A program made the position numbers and the translations under genes. A stretch of DNA of 36,590 bases from contig JAQVFF010000002.1 in assembly GCA_028697345.1 (NCBI GenBank), forward strand, positions 1 to 36,590, read 5' to 3'. Below the pieces are notes generated by a model that was not told the origin of the DNA, ran no database searches, and worked only from the letters and a program-made list of their open reading frames with translations. Numbering within the stretch: the first letter of the stretch is position 1; each line of letters opens with the position of its first letter. This DNA is from Candidatus Shapirobacteria bacterium (GTDB lineage: Bacteria; Patescibacteriota; Microgenomatia; 0-14-0-10-38-17). Shown in pieces: positions 1-8,042 of this stretch.

Positions 1-2
1 TA

Positions 3-692
3 TTGAGAGAATTGAATAAATCTAGTAAGCCTTACCCTGAAGTGGTTACAGTTTCGGGAGCAAGTGTTAGTCAAAATTTGGTTCAGAATACTGAACGACT
101 GGCAAATAACATTTGGTATAGTGGAAATATTGACCAGTCTTTATCAACTGTCGGTACATCTTCGGAAGCCCTTAGCGGTATTGCGTTCTCGGCCGTAACC
201 TATTCACCATATAGTTCCAACCCTCCTCAGCCATATTTTGCCCTAAAGCGTGTTTTAGAACAAAGAAGCCAACAGGAGAAGACAGCAGAAAGACTTGGCT
301 GGATTGACCAGAGCTTAAAAGACGAATATCTCAATGTTTGGCGTGGATTGCATACGGCCCAGGATGATAAAGAAAGAGCTCCAATGTTTCTTATTCGAGA
401 AGTTATCAGGCGTCTGTTCGAACATTACGCCCCGGATGAAAAAGTAATGGAAATGTTTGATGAGGATGAGTTAAAGAAGGGTATACACAAAAGTCATAGA
501 ATTAAATATATTGCCGATGCGATAAACCCTTGGCGAAAACAGACTTTTTTAGACCAGGAAAAGGCTTTCAATGACATTTATGGCAAATTATCAAAGGCTC
601 ACAAAGACGGTAGGCTAAATGAGAGCGAAACGAGAAGTATTTTATACCAAGCCGATGGTTTAATCAGGTTACTTTTAGATTCTTTTAATTAA
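3..692 (+). CDS. 5'-truncated hypothetical protein; helical C-terminal region with an Rx4H motif (possible HEPN-like domain)
   Basis: The reading frame is open to the window edge, and the TAA stop lies 4 nt before the next gene. The motif R-RLFE-H is encoded at nt 408-425 within FLIREVIRRLFEHYAPDE. I do not recognise the family with certainty. Confidence 0.55.
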   Translation: MRELNKSSKPYPEVVTVSGASVSQNLVQNTERLANNIWYSGNIDQSLSTVGTSSEALSGIAFSAVTYSPYSSNPPQPYFALKRVLEQRSQQEKTAERLGWIDQSLKDEYLNVWRGLHTAQDDKERAPMFLIREVIRRLFEHYAPDEKVMEMFDEDELKKGIHKSHRIKYIADAINPWRKQTFLDQEKAFNDIYGKLSKAHKDGRLNESETRSILYQADGLIRLLLDSFN

Positions 693-696
693 GACT

Positions 697-1569
697 ATGG
701 TTCCTAAAATTAATCTTATTACAGCTAAAACGATTCTCACCAGGTCGGGACTACCCGGGTCCGATTGGGTGATTAACCCTTACAATGGTTGTTTGTTCGG
801 TTGTATGTATTGCTATGCGGCTCAGATTGCCCTATGGAAACACCCGGATGAGAAATGGGGTACTTATCTGGACGTTAAAACAAATGCTCCGGAATTACTT
901 GGGAAGGAATTAGCCAAGCTAGAAAAGAGAATGAAGACAAAAAATTTCGGTAGTATCTTTTTTAGTTCCGTTACCGACCCCTATGTTGGGCTTGAATCCA
1001 AATACCGGCTTACCAGAAAGTGCCTAGAGATTCTGGCGGACTTTGGTTATAAAGGCGACATCTCTATTCAAACTAAATCCCCGTTAGTGGTAAAGGATAT
1101 TGATATTTTGAACAAAATTAAAGATGTGGCGGTGGGTTTCACCGTCACCACACTTGATGATGAGGTATCAAGGTTCCTGGAAGTGATGGCTCCGCCGGTA
1201 AGTTCCAGAATCAAGGCTCTTAAACGACTTCACGAGGCTGGGATTCCAACTTATGCATTTATCGGTCCTTTGCTTCCCCATTTTACAAGCAACATCAAAA
1301 AAATAAGTGAACTTTTAGATAAATTACAGGAGGTAGGAATTTCCGAAGTTTGGTTCGAGCATATAAATTTAAGCCCGAAAATTAAAGAAAGGCTGTTTTC
1401 TTATCTCAGAAAAAAGTCACCTGAACTAATTGCCGATTTCAACCGGGCGGATACCCAAAAATATAGAGACGAACTGGAGGATGTTATTAGTCAGGCCATG
1501 AAAGGCAGAAATTTAAAAATGGGGTTAGGAAAAGTGATACACCACCGAATCCTGCCAAAGAAGAAATGA
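697..1569 (+). CDS. Radical SAM protein, SPL / COG1533 ('DNA repair photolyase'-like) family
   Basis: The N-terminal NPYNGCLFGCMYCYA carries CX3CX2C (Cys codons at nt 790-792, 802-804 and 811-813). This is the typical context and size (290 aa) for SplB-like radical SAM enzymes. Its stop overlaps the next start (ATGA). Confidence 0.85.
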   Translation: MVPKINLITAKTILTRSGLPGSDWVINPYNGCLFGCMYCYAAQIALWKHPDEKWGTYLDVKTNAPELLGKELAKLEKRMKTKNFGSIFFSSVTDPYVGLESKYRLTRKCLEILADFGYKGDISIQTKSPLVVKDIDILNKIKDVAVGFTVTTLDDEVSRFLEVMAPPVSSRIKALKRLHEAGIPTYAFIGPLLPHFTSNIKKISELLDKLQEVGISEVWFEHINLSPKIKERLFSYLRKKSPELIADFNRADTQKYRDELEDVISQAMKGRNLKMGLGKVIHHRILPKKK

Positions 1570-2375
1570 AAATAAAAATTACACCTTTTAACAATAAAGA
1601 CGAGCAATTAAGGGGAGAATTCAAGGTGGGGAATAATTTTTATTACGGCAAATTTCATTCTTCGGGCGTTGTTACTGAGATAAGGGCTAAAGACGATTGG
1701 CTTGATCAAGAAATGGCCTGGTTAAGCAGGTCAGAAATTCCATTTATCACCGCACTTAGGCACACGAGGGTTAAAATGTATTCCGCTGGCACTTACTTAG
1801 TTTCCGGTGGCACGCCATTTATCAGAAAATTTGGACCGTTCTATAAAACTTTAGAAGTTGAAAAATTTCCATCGAAAGATGAGTGTAGAGATTTAATTAG
1901 AGAATATTGCAGGCTTGCCACAGACGAGTCGTACCATTTTACTAATAAGGGAGTGGCCGTTGGGTCTGTTCTAAAACTTTTTAGACTTTTTGATTATAAC
2001 AATGACTTTTTTATCAGAGCCGGCTCATGTTTGTATAAGGCATATATTTTGCTTAATACCAGTAGCACTTTTGCCGAGGAAATTTACACCAATACCTTTA
2101 TCGCTCTAGAGGCTATTATTGAGTATATAAAACAAAGAGATGGTGTCAAAGACAGGAAAAAAATAGTAGAGAAGATTAGCTCGTTGAAAAGTGTGAATAA
2201 TTTTGAAGACTACGAGGAGGAAATGCGAGACGGAATAAGGAACGACATAATACACCCCTTTAGAGACAAATATGGCGAAGCTATTGCACAACCCTTTATG
2301 ATGGCCGATTTCGTATATGAAGATTTAGCCTTTGTTGATTGGCTCTTTAAGCAAGTTTTAGTGGGCAAACTTTGA
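1566..2375 (+). CDS. Hypothetical protein with C-terminal RNxxxH motif (candidate HEPN-domain RNase)
   Basis: It has a 4-nt ATGA overlap with the radical SAM gene. R225-N-D-I-I-H230 is encoded at nt 2238-2255 in a predicted helical C-terminal ~130 aa. The N-terminal half is unrecognised. Confidence 0.6.
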   Translation: MKIKITPFNNKDEQLRGEFKVGNNFYYGKFHSSGVVTEIRAKDDWLDQEMAWLSRSEIPFITALRHTRVKMYSAGTYLVSGGTPFIRKFGPFYKTLEVEKFPSKDECRDLIREYCRLATDESYHFTNKGVAVGSVLKLFRLFDYNNDFFIRAGSCLYKAYILLNTSSTFAEEIYTNTFIALEAIIEYIKQRDGVKDRKKIVEKISSLKSVNNFEDYEEEMRDGIRNDIIHPFRDKYGEAIAQPFMMADFVYEDLAFVDWLFKQVLVGKL

Positions 2376-2389
2376 CAAAGATATAAATT

Positions 2390-2737
2390 ATGAAAAATAA
2401 ACTTTTGAGCTATTGGCGAGTGTGCTTGTATTTTATCTACGCTTTCGTGGTTCTGCATTTCTTGAAAGACATAACTCAGGATATTTTGCGAATATCAACT
2501 CCTCTGGATATTTTCGGTGACATAAAAGAAGATTTATCTTCCTTGCCTGTTGCTTTCCAAAATATTTATCTTTACGGTCTTGGAGGTTTCTCGATTATCA
2601 CAGAAATAGTGCTTATTTTTACTATTCCCAAAGTGTGGAAAGAAAATAAGTTGTCTAGGCTGGGTAAAATAGTAATTTTTTTAATTGCTTATCTTGCTAT
2701 ATTTTTTATAACAGCGACTCTATTAGATTCGAAATAA
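2390..2737 (+). CDS. Small integral membrane protein (about 3 TM)
   Basis: Three hydrophobic stretches are present (VCLYFIYAFVVLHF, LYGLGGFSIITEIVLIFTI, IVIFLIAYLAIFFITATLL). It starts 14 nt after the preceding gene on the same strand. Confidence 0.55.
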   Translation: MKNKLLSYWRVCLYFIYAFVVLHFLKDITQDILRISTPLDIFGDIKEDLSSLPVAFQNIYLYGLGGFSIITEIVLIFTIPKVWKENKLSRLGKIVIFLIAYLAIFFITATLLDSK

Positions 2738-2954
2738 AGCAAGCCCCTAAGTATTCCCTTCTAATAAGTAAATCCTTTTCAACCTCTCCCTCGCTTGTTC
2801 AACGGCTATCGTATCTGTAAATGCCTTGAAAATAGGGGAAAATAGCTCAGTTAGATTAATCCGAGGATTACGGAGCCGATTAGTCGTTAATATAACTAAG
2901 TTAATTCCATTTTTGATATAATCGACTCAGATAATAAAAATATTACCAATATCT

Positions 2955-3422
2955 ATGAATAAAGTATTAATGGTAATCTTGGTTTTGGGAGCAGGCGCCT
3001 TACTTTATTATTTTCTTGCCGGAAGAACTGACGTTTTACCTCCCGGCGTCAAGATTGATGAAAACATAGACCTGGAACAAGTAGAAGAAGGGCTAAAAGA
3101 GACAGGTAAAAGAACCGTCTATGGGAGCTGTAATGATATTGTCAATTCCAGCAATTGCATAGATTATGTCGGTTCAATGTGGAAAGATAATAATTCAGCA
3201 GAATTAAATTGCGGAGAAGGCAGAAATTTCTCAAAAAATGCTTGCCCTTATTCGGAATTTGGCGGCTGCCAGATGAACGGCGGGTCGGTAATGGAATTAA
3301 TTGCCTGGGTGTATGAAGAAGGTCCGGGTGATTATACAATAGAAACAGTTCCTGATGCGGCAATGGCTTGTAATGGTTTGCCCAATGCCAAATGGGTTAC
3401 CCCGGAAAGTGTTTTAAAATAA
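2955..3422 (+). CDS. N-terminally anchored or secreted Cys-rich hypothetical protein
   Basis: It has an N-terminal hydrophobic helix (VLMVILVLGAGALLYYFLAG) and about 6 Cys in the remainder. No family recognised. Confidence 0.55.
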   Translation: MNKVLMVILVLGAGALLYYFLAGRTDVLPPGVKIDENIDLEQVEEGLKETGKRTVYGSCNDIVNSSNCIDYVGSMWKDNNSAELNCGEGRNFSKNACPYSEFGGCQMNGGSVMELIAWVYEEGPGDYTIETVPDAAMACNGLPNAKWVTPESVLK

Positions 3423-3522
3423 TTAAAACTATTTAATACTATCACTCTCTCTTTGGGAAGTAGGTTCTAGCTTTCCCTGCTATGTGGAGCCAAAAAATTG
3501 TTACCTGATGTAAAATATCTCT

Positions 3523-3927
3523 ATGTGGACATGTATAAAATGCGGAAGAGTTTTCAAGAAAGAAAATCAACCTCATAGTTGTCAGAAGGTATCCATTGAG
3601 TCGCATTTTAGAAATAAAGATGAGACTAGAGAATTATTTAATTTTTTACTTCAACAAATAGAGAAACAAATCGGTAAATGTAAGATTTTTTCTCTTCCGT
3701 GTTGTGTCCATCTATTTGGTACCTATGATTTTCTAGCAATATTACCTAAAAAAGATAGAGTGGAACTTCGCTTTGCATTAAATCGAAAATTGAATACACC
3801 AAGATTAAAGATATCTGTCCCCATGTCAAGCAAAGTGTTTAAGAATTGTTTTGACATTTATACCAAGCAGGAGTTAGACAACGAACTTATGGGTTGGTTA
3901 AAAGAGTCGTATCATTTGAAAGATTAA
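3523..3927 (+). CDS. DUF5655-like protein
   Basis: The N-terminus MWTCIKCGRVFKKENQPHSC and the overall size resemble DUF5655 family members as I recall them. No Shine-Dalgarno site is visible. Confidence 0.5.
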   Translation: MWTCIKCGRVFKKENQPHSCQKVSIESHFRNKDETRELFNFLLQQIEKQIGKCKIFSLPCCVHLFGTYDFLAILPKKDRVELRFALNRKLNTPRLKISVPMSSKVFKNCFDIYTKQELDNELMGWLKESYHLKD

Positions 3928-4108
3928 TCATGGCAACACTTTGTTCATCTTCGCTTTTAGTTGGCTAATGAATCTAAAATCCTCGAAAACATTGATAATC
4001 TGAGCAAAAATCATTAGCTAGAGGGTTGCAAGGTTATGGATTAATCCATTTCGATAACATATTTATGTTTGCTTATACGATAGAAAAAAACGTGTTATTA
4101 TCAAAAAC

Positions 4109-4939
4109 ATGTTAATTTCTAGTAATGATTCACTTGAAAGGCGGTTTACTAAAACATTACTGCGCATTTCTCCATGGAATAACGTTTTTGTAAAAAAAAC
4201 ATTAGCCTTTTTAAAAAATCGTCCCCGATTATTTTCTGGACTGATTAGTACTGTCCAGTTATCAAGCGAGAAACACGAAATGGTTGTATTTAAACAGCTC
4301 ATACGTTCGGGAATGACCGTAATAGACATCGGTGCAAATATTGGTATTTACACGACAGAAGCGGCCCGGTTAGTAGGTAAACAGGGTCGCGTTATAGCCT
4401 TTGAACCAGAAAAATACAACTTTCAATTGTTAACAGAGAGAGTTAGAAAAAGTGGATATAAAAATATCACCCTTGAAAATATAGCATTATCTAATAAAAA
4501 GGGAGAACAAACTTTTTATATAGATTCTGTTAATTTGGGGAACCATTCATTTAGTCAAAAAAATATCTATGATGGTGCCGAGGCTATACGTGTACACACC
4601 ACAACGATTGACAAATACTTGCAAGAGCATGGAATTTCAAAAGTGGATGTAATCAAAATTGATGTTCAGGGCGCAGAACCTCTTGTTCTTGCCGGCGCTC
4701 GAAAGTTGCTAAAAGATCAATCGCCAGCAATTTTATTAGAATATTGGCCGGTGGGTATTAAAAATTTAGGCCAGGATCCAGATAAATTTCTTCGTTCTTT
4801 ATCTGAGTATGGGTTTCGTTTTATGGTTGTAGATAAACACACAAAGGACACTAATCCAATATCCTTATCGGCACTTATCGCGGAAAGCAGAAATTGGCAA
4901 GATTCCACGGATTATGTAAATTTACTTTTAAAAAAGTAA
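4109..4939 (+). CDS. FkbM-family SAM-dependent methyltransferase
   Basis: SAM motif I is VIDIGANIGIYT, with downstream FEPE, NHSF and IKIDVQGAE motifs typical of the FkbM family. Confidence 0.8.
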   Translation: MLISSNDSLERRFTKTLLRISPWNNVFVKKTLAFLKNRPRLFSGLISTVQLSSEKHEMVVFKQLIRSGMTVIDIGANIGIYTTEAARLVGKQGRVIAFEPEKYNFQLLTERVRKSGYKNITLENIALSNKKGEQTFYIDSVNLGNHSFSQKNIYDGAEAIRVHTTTIDKYLQEHGISKVDVIKIDVQGAEPLVLAGARKLLKDQSPAILLEYWPVGIKNLGQDPDKFLRSLSEYGFRFMVVDKHTKDTNPISLSALIAESRNWQDSTDYVNLLLKK

Positions 4940-5215
4940 GAACTGCCCCACAATTGAGATTTTGGCTAAACCCAAGATAAAATCCCGGTCGAACCGCATG
5001 TCTAACATGGCTTCGAATATCTTTCCACCGTTGGTGATATTCATGATCTTTGGCAGGAAGTAACTGAGGATAAAATAAAAGGAACAACACTAAGATTGGC
5101 TATTTTTAGTCTATATTTTTCAAAACATAAATCAGCTTATATTAGATAGCCAGGGAATCGTTCTTCTTATTGTTTTAATAATCTTACAAAAAAGACCCCA
5201 CTTTATATAAAATAC

Positions 5216-5244
5216 TTGACATAATGTAAAGAATATATTACATT
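5216..5244 (+). promoter_or_regulatory. Sigma70-like promoter TTGACA-17-TACATT placed for a leaderless transcript
   Basis: TTGACA is at 5216-5221, followed by a 17-nt spacer and TACATT at 5239-5244. The ATG at 5251 lies only 6 nt after the -10, and there is no SD. Confidence 0.4.
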
Positions 5245-5250
5245 GTTGTT

Positions 5251-5673
5251 ATGGATGATAAGAAATATCGGCAAGTTAGGGTTTTGGTAGTTTTTTTTGT
5301 TGGGGTAATTATGGCCATTTCTCTTCTACGGGAGAGCTTCTTATTATCAACGGCTGGCATTGTCACCGGAATGCTTTTTTTAGCTTTGGCTCGATCAAAA
5401 ACTAGCATTAGTCTTGATGAACGGGAAAAAACCATTAGAGAAAAAGCCGCTAACCTAACCTATGCTATTTTTGCCCCTACTATTGGCATTGGTGCCTTTT
5501 TGTTGCTTTTCCCTACCCATAGCGGTTTATCGGTTTTTGCCAAAGGTGAATTCTATTATCTTGAATCGTTGGGGATGGTGTTTGCTTATTTGGCCTTGTT
5601 TTTAATTGCCATTTATGCCCTCTCCTATCATTTTTTAAATAAAAAATATGGAGGTGGCGGTGATGAAGAATAA
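5251..5673 (+). CDS. DUF2178-like membrane protein
   Basis: It has four hydrophobic helices and a K-Y-R N-terminus like DUF2178 proteins. It sits directly upstream of a small XRE regulator, which is the usual DUF2178 partner. Confidence 0.65.
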   Translation: MDDKKYRQVRVLVVFFVGVIMAISLLRESFLLSTAGIVTGMLFLALARSKTSISLDEREKTIREKAANLTYAIFAPTIGIGAFLLLFPTHSGLSVFAKGEFYYLESLGMVFAYLALFLIAIYALSYHFLNKKYGGGGDEE

Positions 5674-5917
5674 ACAGAATTTGTCTTATGACGATGAGAA
5701 TTTGTCATTTCGAAATAAATTGAAAGTTTTCCGAGCTATGCACGAGTTAACCCAGGAACAATTAGCTGAAAAAATTGGCGTTAGCAGACAGACGGTTAAT
5801 GCCATTGAGGCCGATAAATATCTGCCGTCTTTGGGTTTAGCTTTTAAGATTGCCAAATTATTTAAGGTGAAGATTGAAGAAGTCTTTGTTTGTCGAGGAG
5901 GGACGGATGAAAGCTAG
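5663..5917 (+). CDS. XRE-family helix-turn-helix transcriptional regulator
   Basis: The HTH_3 signature is LTQEQLAEKIGVSRQTVNAIEADKYLPSLGLAFKIAKLF. I chose the ATG at 5663 because GGAGGTGG lies 5 nt upstream; the track ORF starts at 5648. Confidence 0.85.
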   Translation: MKNKQNLSYDDENLSFRNKLKVFRAMHELTQEQLAEKIGVSRQTVNAIEADKYLPSLGLAFKIAKLFKVKIEEVFVCRGGTDES

Positions 5918-6332
5918 AATCATTAAAGAGAAATTATTTTATATAGCTACCATCGGGGTTAGTATTTTATTATTGTTTTTTGTGATTACCTGTTCTTGGA
6001 TTAGCCATGAAGCCAAAAACCAATGTCAAGATGCCAGGAGGGAATATTTGCCTGCCGGTGAGCAAATGGCGGAATTTGATTGTGTGGAGGCCTTGATAAG
6101 TCTTCTTGAAGACGAAGACAGAGGATTTAGAGCAAGGAATAATGCTATCTGGGGGTTGGGACAGTTCGGTGATAGTCGTGCCTTACCGGTTCTTAAAAAT
6201 TACTATACAGGTAACATTCCTGATCGAGAACCGCTAGACGAGATGATCAGTCAATATGAATTGAAAAAGGCGATTAATCTCGTTAGTGGCGGGTTTAATA
6301 TTTCTGCCTTTATATGGAGAGGAAAATTGTAA
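5907..6332 (+). CDS. Membrane-anchored HEAT-repeat protein
   Basis: It has an N-terminal TM (IATIGVSILLLFFVITCSWI) and HEAT/PBS-lyase-like repeats (ALISLLEDEDRGFRARNNAIWGLGQFGDSRALPVLK). I chose the ATG at 5907 after GGAGGGA. Confidence 0.6.
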   Translation: MKARIIKEKLFYIATIGVSILLLFFVITCSWISHEAKNQCQDARREYLPAGEQMAEFDCVEALISLLEDEDRGFRARNNAIWGLGQFGDSRALPVLKNYYTGNIPDREPLDEMISQYELKKAINLVSGGFNISAFIWRGKL

Positions 6333-6442
6333 GTGGAAGATAAATTTTGATTTTTTTAAAAAACTCCGCAGAAAGCGATTTTTTTGGTTATTTTTTTTAA
6401 ATACAGTCAATATCCAACCCAACTAAAGTGCTAAAATAAAGT

Positions 6443-7123
6443 ATGAAAAAAAGCTGTAAAACTTTAACACAAAAGATAAATAATCATAAAAAGACCGTCT
6501 TGTTAATTGTGATAGCCATAGTTGCGGTTGTATTGATTGTTAGCGCCTTGGTATATTCGAGATTAAGTAATGATTCAGACACTGGAGAGGTTATTTTTAA
6601 GAATGAGTTTCAACAACAAATTGATGATCTGCAAGAACAGACTACTCAATCACAAACCTTAAAAGAAGGAGAGAATGACCAATCAGAAAATAATGGCGAC
6701 GATCATCTAGTGTCTGAAGAGGCAGTAGGACTAATTAGAGGTGTTTATGAAAAATCGGGTAAAAAACACCTTGATATCGACTATGTTCAGCTTCTATCGG
6801 GTGAGCTGGCGATAATGGCTGCGGCAGAAGACATTGGTTGCGGCGAAGAAGGAGTTAATCATGAAGATTGTGTTCCGGTTCTTGATAACGATTACTATGT
6901 TAGGAATCAAAACCCCCAAATCAGGACTTTTGAAATTTCAGATGAGGTAATAATTGAGAATTTAGAAAAAACAGGAAACGAATTGACCCAAATTACTCTT
7001 ACAGAGTTTGTTATGATCTTTGAAGATAAAACCATTGAGCGAGAATGGTTGAGGGCCGCTCTTTATAATATTGAAGTTAAGGATAGCAAGGTTATTAGGA
7101 TATGGCAGCAGTATCTCCCTTAG
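6443..7123 (+). CDS. N-terminally anchored hypothetical protein
   Basis: It has a single N-terminal TM (VLLIVIAIVAVVLIVSALVY) and an acidic linker. No family recognised. Confidence 0.55.
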   Translation: MKKSCKTLTQKINNHKKTVLLIVIAIVAVVLIVSALVYSRLSNDSDTGEVIFKNEFQQQIDDLQEQTTQSQTLKEGENDQSENNGDDHLVSEEAVGLIRGVYEKSGKKHLDIDYVQLLSGELAIMAAAEDIGCGEEGVNHEDCVPVLDNDYYVRNQNPQIRTFEISDEVIIENLEKTGNELTQITLTEFVMIFEDKTIEREWLRAALYNIEVKDSKVIRIWQQYLP

Positions 7124-7141
7124 GGACTAGGTGAAAATAGA

Positions 7142-7612
7142 ATGAGAAAAGAAGCGTTAAAACAATTTTTGATTGATTCTAATAATGCCGGTTATGCAGG
7201 CGGTGAGGAGAAAAAGTGGATTAAAGAAACTGATGGCTCAACTACGATTCCTTTTGAGAAAGGACCTTGGAGGTCGCATGATAATTTTTTTGGCGGTGAG
7301 CCATATGGAGGCAGAACAATTGTGTTTTATGAAGGCAAGCCTTATTGGATGATGGTTTACTATGGCTGGGTAGAAGAAGGAATTGAAACGAATCCAGTAC
7401 ACGGGGTTTTGAGAAACGCTTTAAAACAAATGCCAGAAGATTATCCCTTTAGAGGACCAGAAGAATATCAGGAAGGAGAATATATTTATACTAACAGGTG
7501 GAAGGGTGGAATTGATAGGTTTTCAGGAGAAGAACAAATTACTCGAGGCGATAAGCTAATCTACAAGGCAAATTATATTGGGGGTTTAGTTGATCAAAAA
7601 AGAGAAGTTTAG
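7142..7612 (+). CDS. DUF5680-like protein
   Basis: The pattern AGYAGG...HDNFFGGEPYGG..IVFYEGKPYWMMVYYGWV...RGP..Y.EGEYIY...DKLIYKANYIGGLV resembles DUF5680 members as I recall them. Confidence 0.6.
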   Translation: MRKEALKQFLIDSNNAGYAGGEEKKWIKETDGSTTIPFEKGPWRSHDNFFGGEPYGGRTIVFYEGKPYWMMVYYGWVEEGIETNPVHGVLRNALKQMPEDYPFRGPEEYQEGEYIYTNRWKGGIDRFSGEEQITRGDKLIYKANYIGGLVDQKREV

Positions 7613-7617
7613 ATTTT

Positions 7618-7950
7618 TTAATAGTCGTCTTGGTCTTGGCATGGGAGACGCCCCTTTCTAGTTCTAAAAATACCCCCGTTTTCATCATTAATTGCTTGGT
7701 CGTGTCTTTTTTGAAGATTTAGTTGTGTTTCGGCGGCTTCTTCGATACTAACCCTGCCTCCTTTTCTGTACCAATCGGTTGAATCAGGTTCTTGGAGTCG
7801 TCTTGAGTCGTAAGGATCATGAATAACACCAGCAACATTTTCTATTCTTTCTTTTCCTCCCCACTTATCGTGAGTAACACCGCCCCGTAGACCGGTTTTT
7901 AATGTTTTTTTTAATACGCTGGCAATGCTTTTATCTGTTTCTTTTCCCAT
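7618..7950 (-). CDS. Hypothetical small soluble protein
   Basis: This is a 110-aa ORF convergent with the previous gene (5-nt gap). It is charged and Gly-rich. No family recognised. Confidence 0.45.
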   Translation of the reverse strand: MGKETDKSIASVLKKTLKTGLRGGVTHDKWGGKERIENVAGVIHDPYDSRRLQEPDSTDWYRKGGRVSIEEAAETQLNLQKRHDQAINDENGGIFRTRKGRLPCQDQDDY

Positions 7951-8042
7951 AGATCATGATTATATCACAAAAATAACGGTTTTTATATCTTATAATATTT
8001 GCAATTTAGCTATTTTAGAGGTAAGATACTTGTTTAAAAGGA

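Noticed and set aside
2834-2880. tRNA-like string GGGGAAAATAGCTCAGTTAGA
   Set aside because: Only the TAGCTCAGTT decamer resembles a D-arm. There is no complementary D-stem (GAGC), no T-arm GTTCGAATC-like element and no acceptor pairing, so it is not a tRNA.
4875-5090. 71-aa minus-strand ORF downstream of the FkbM gene, considered as a possible transposase or gene fragment
   Set aside because: It overlaps the FkbM 3' end, has no SD, and I recognise no family motif. I leave it unannotated.
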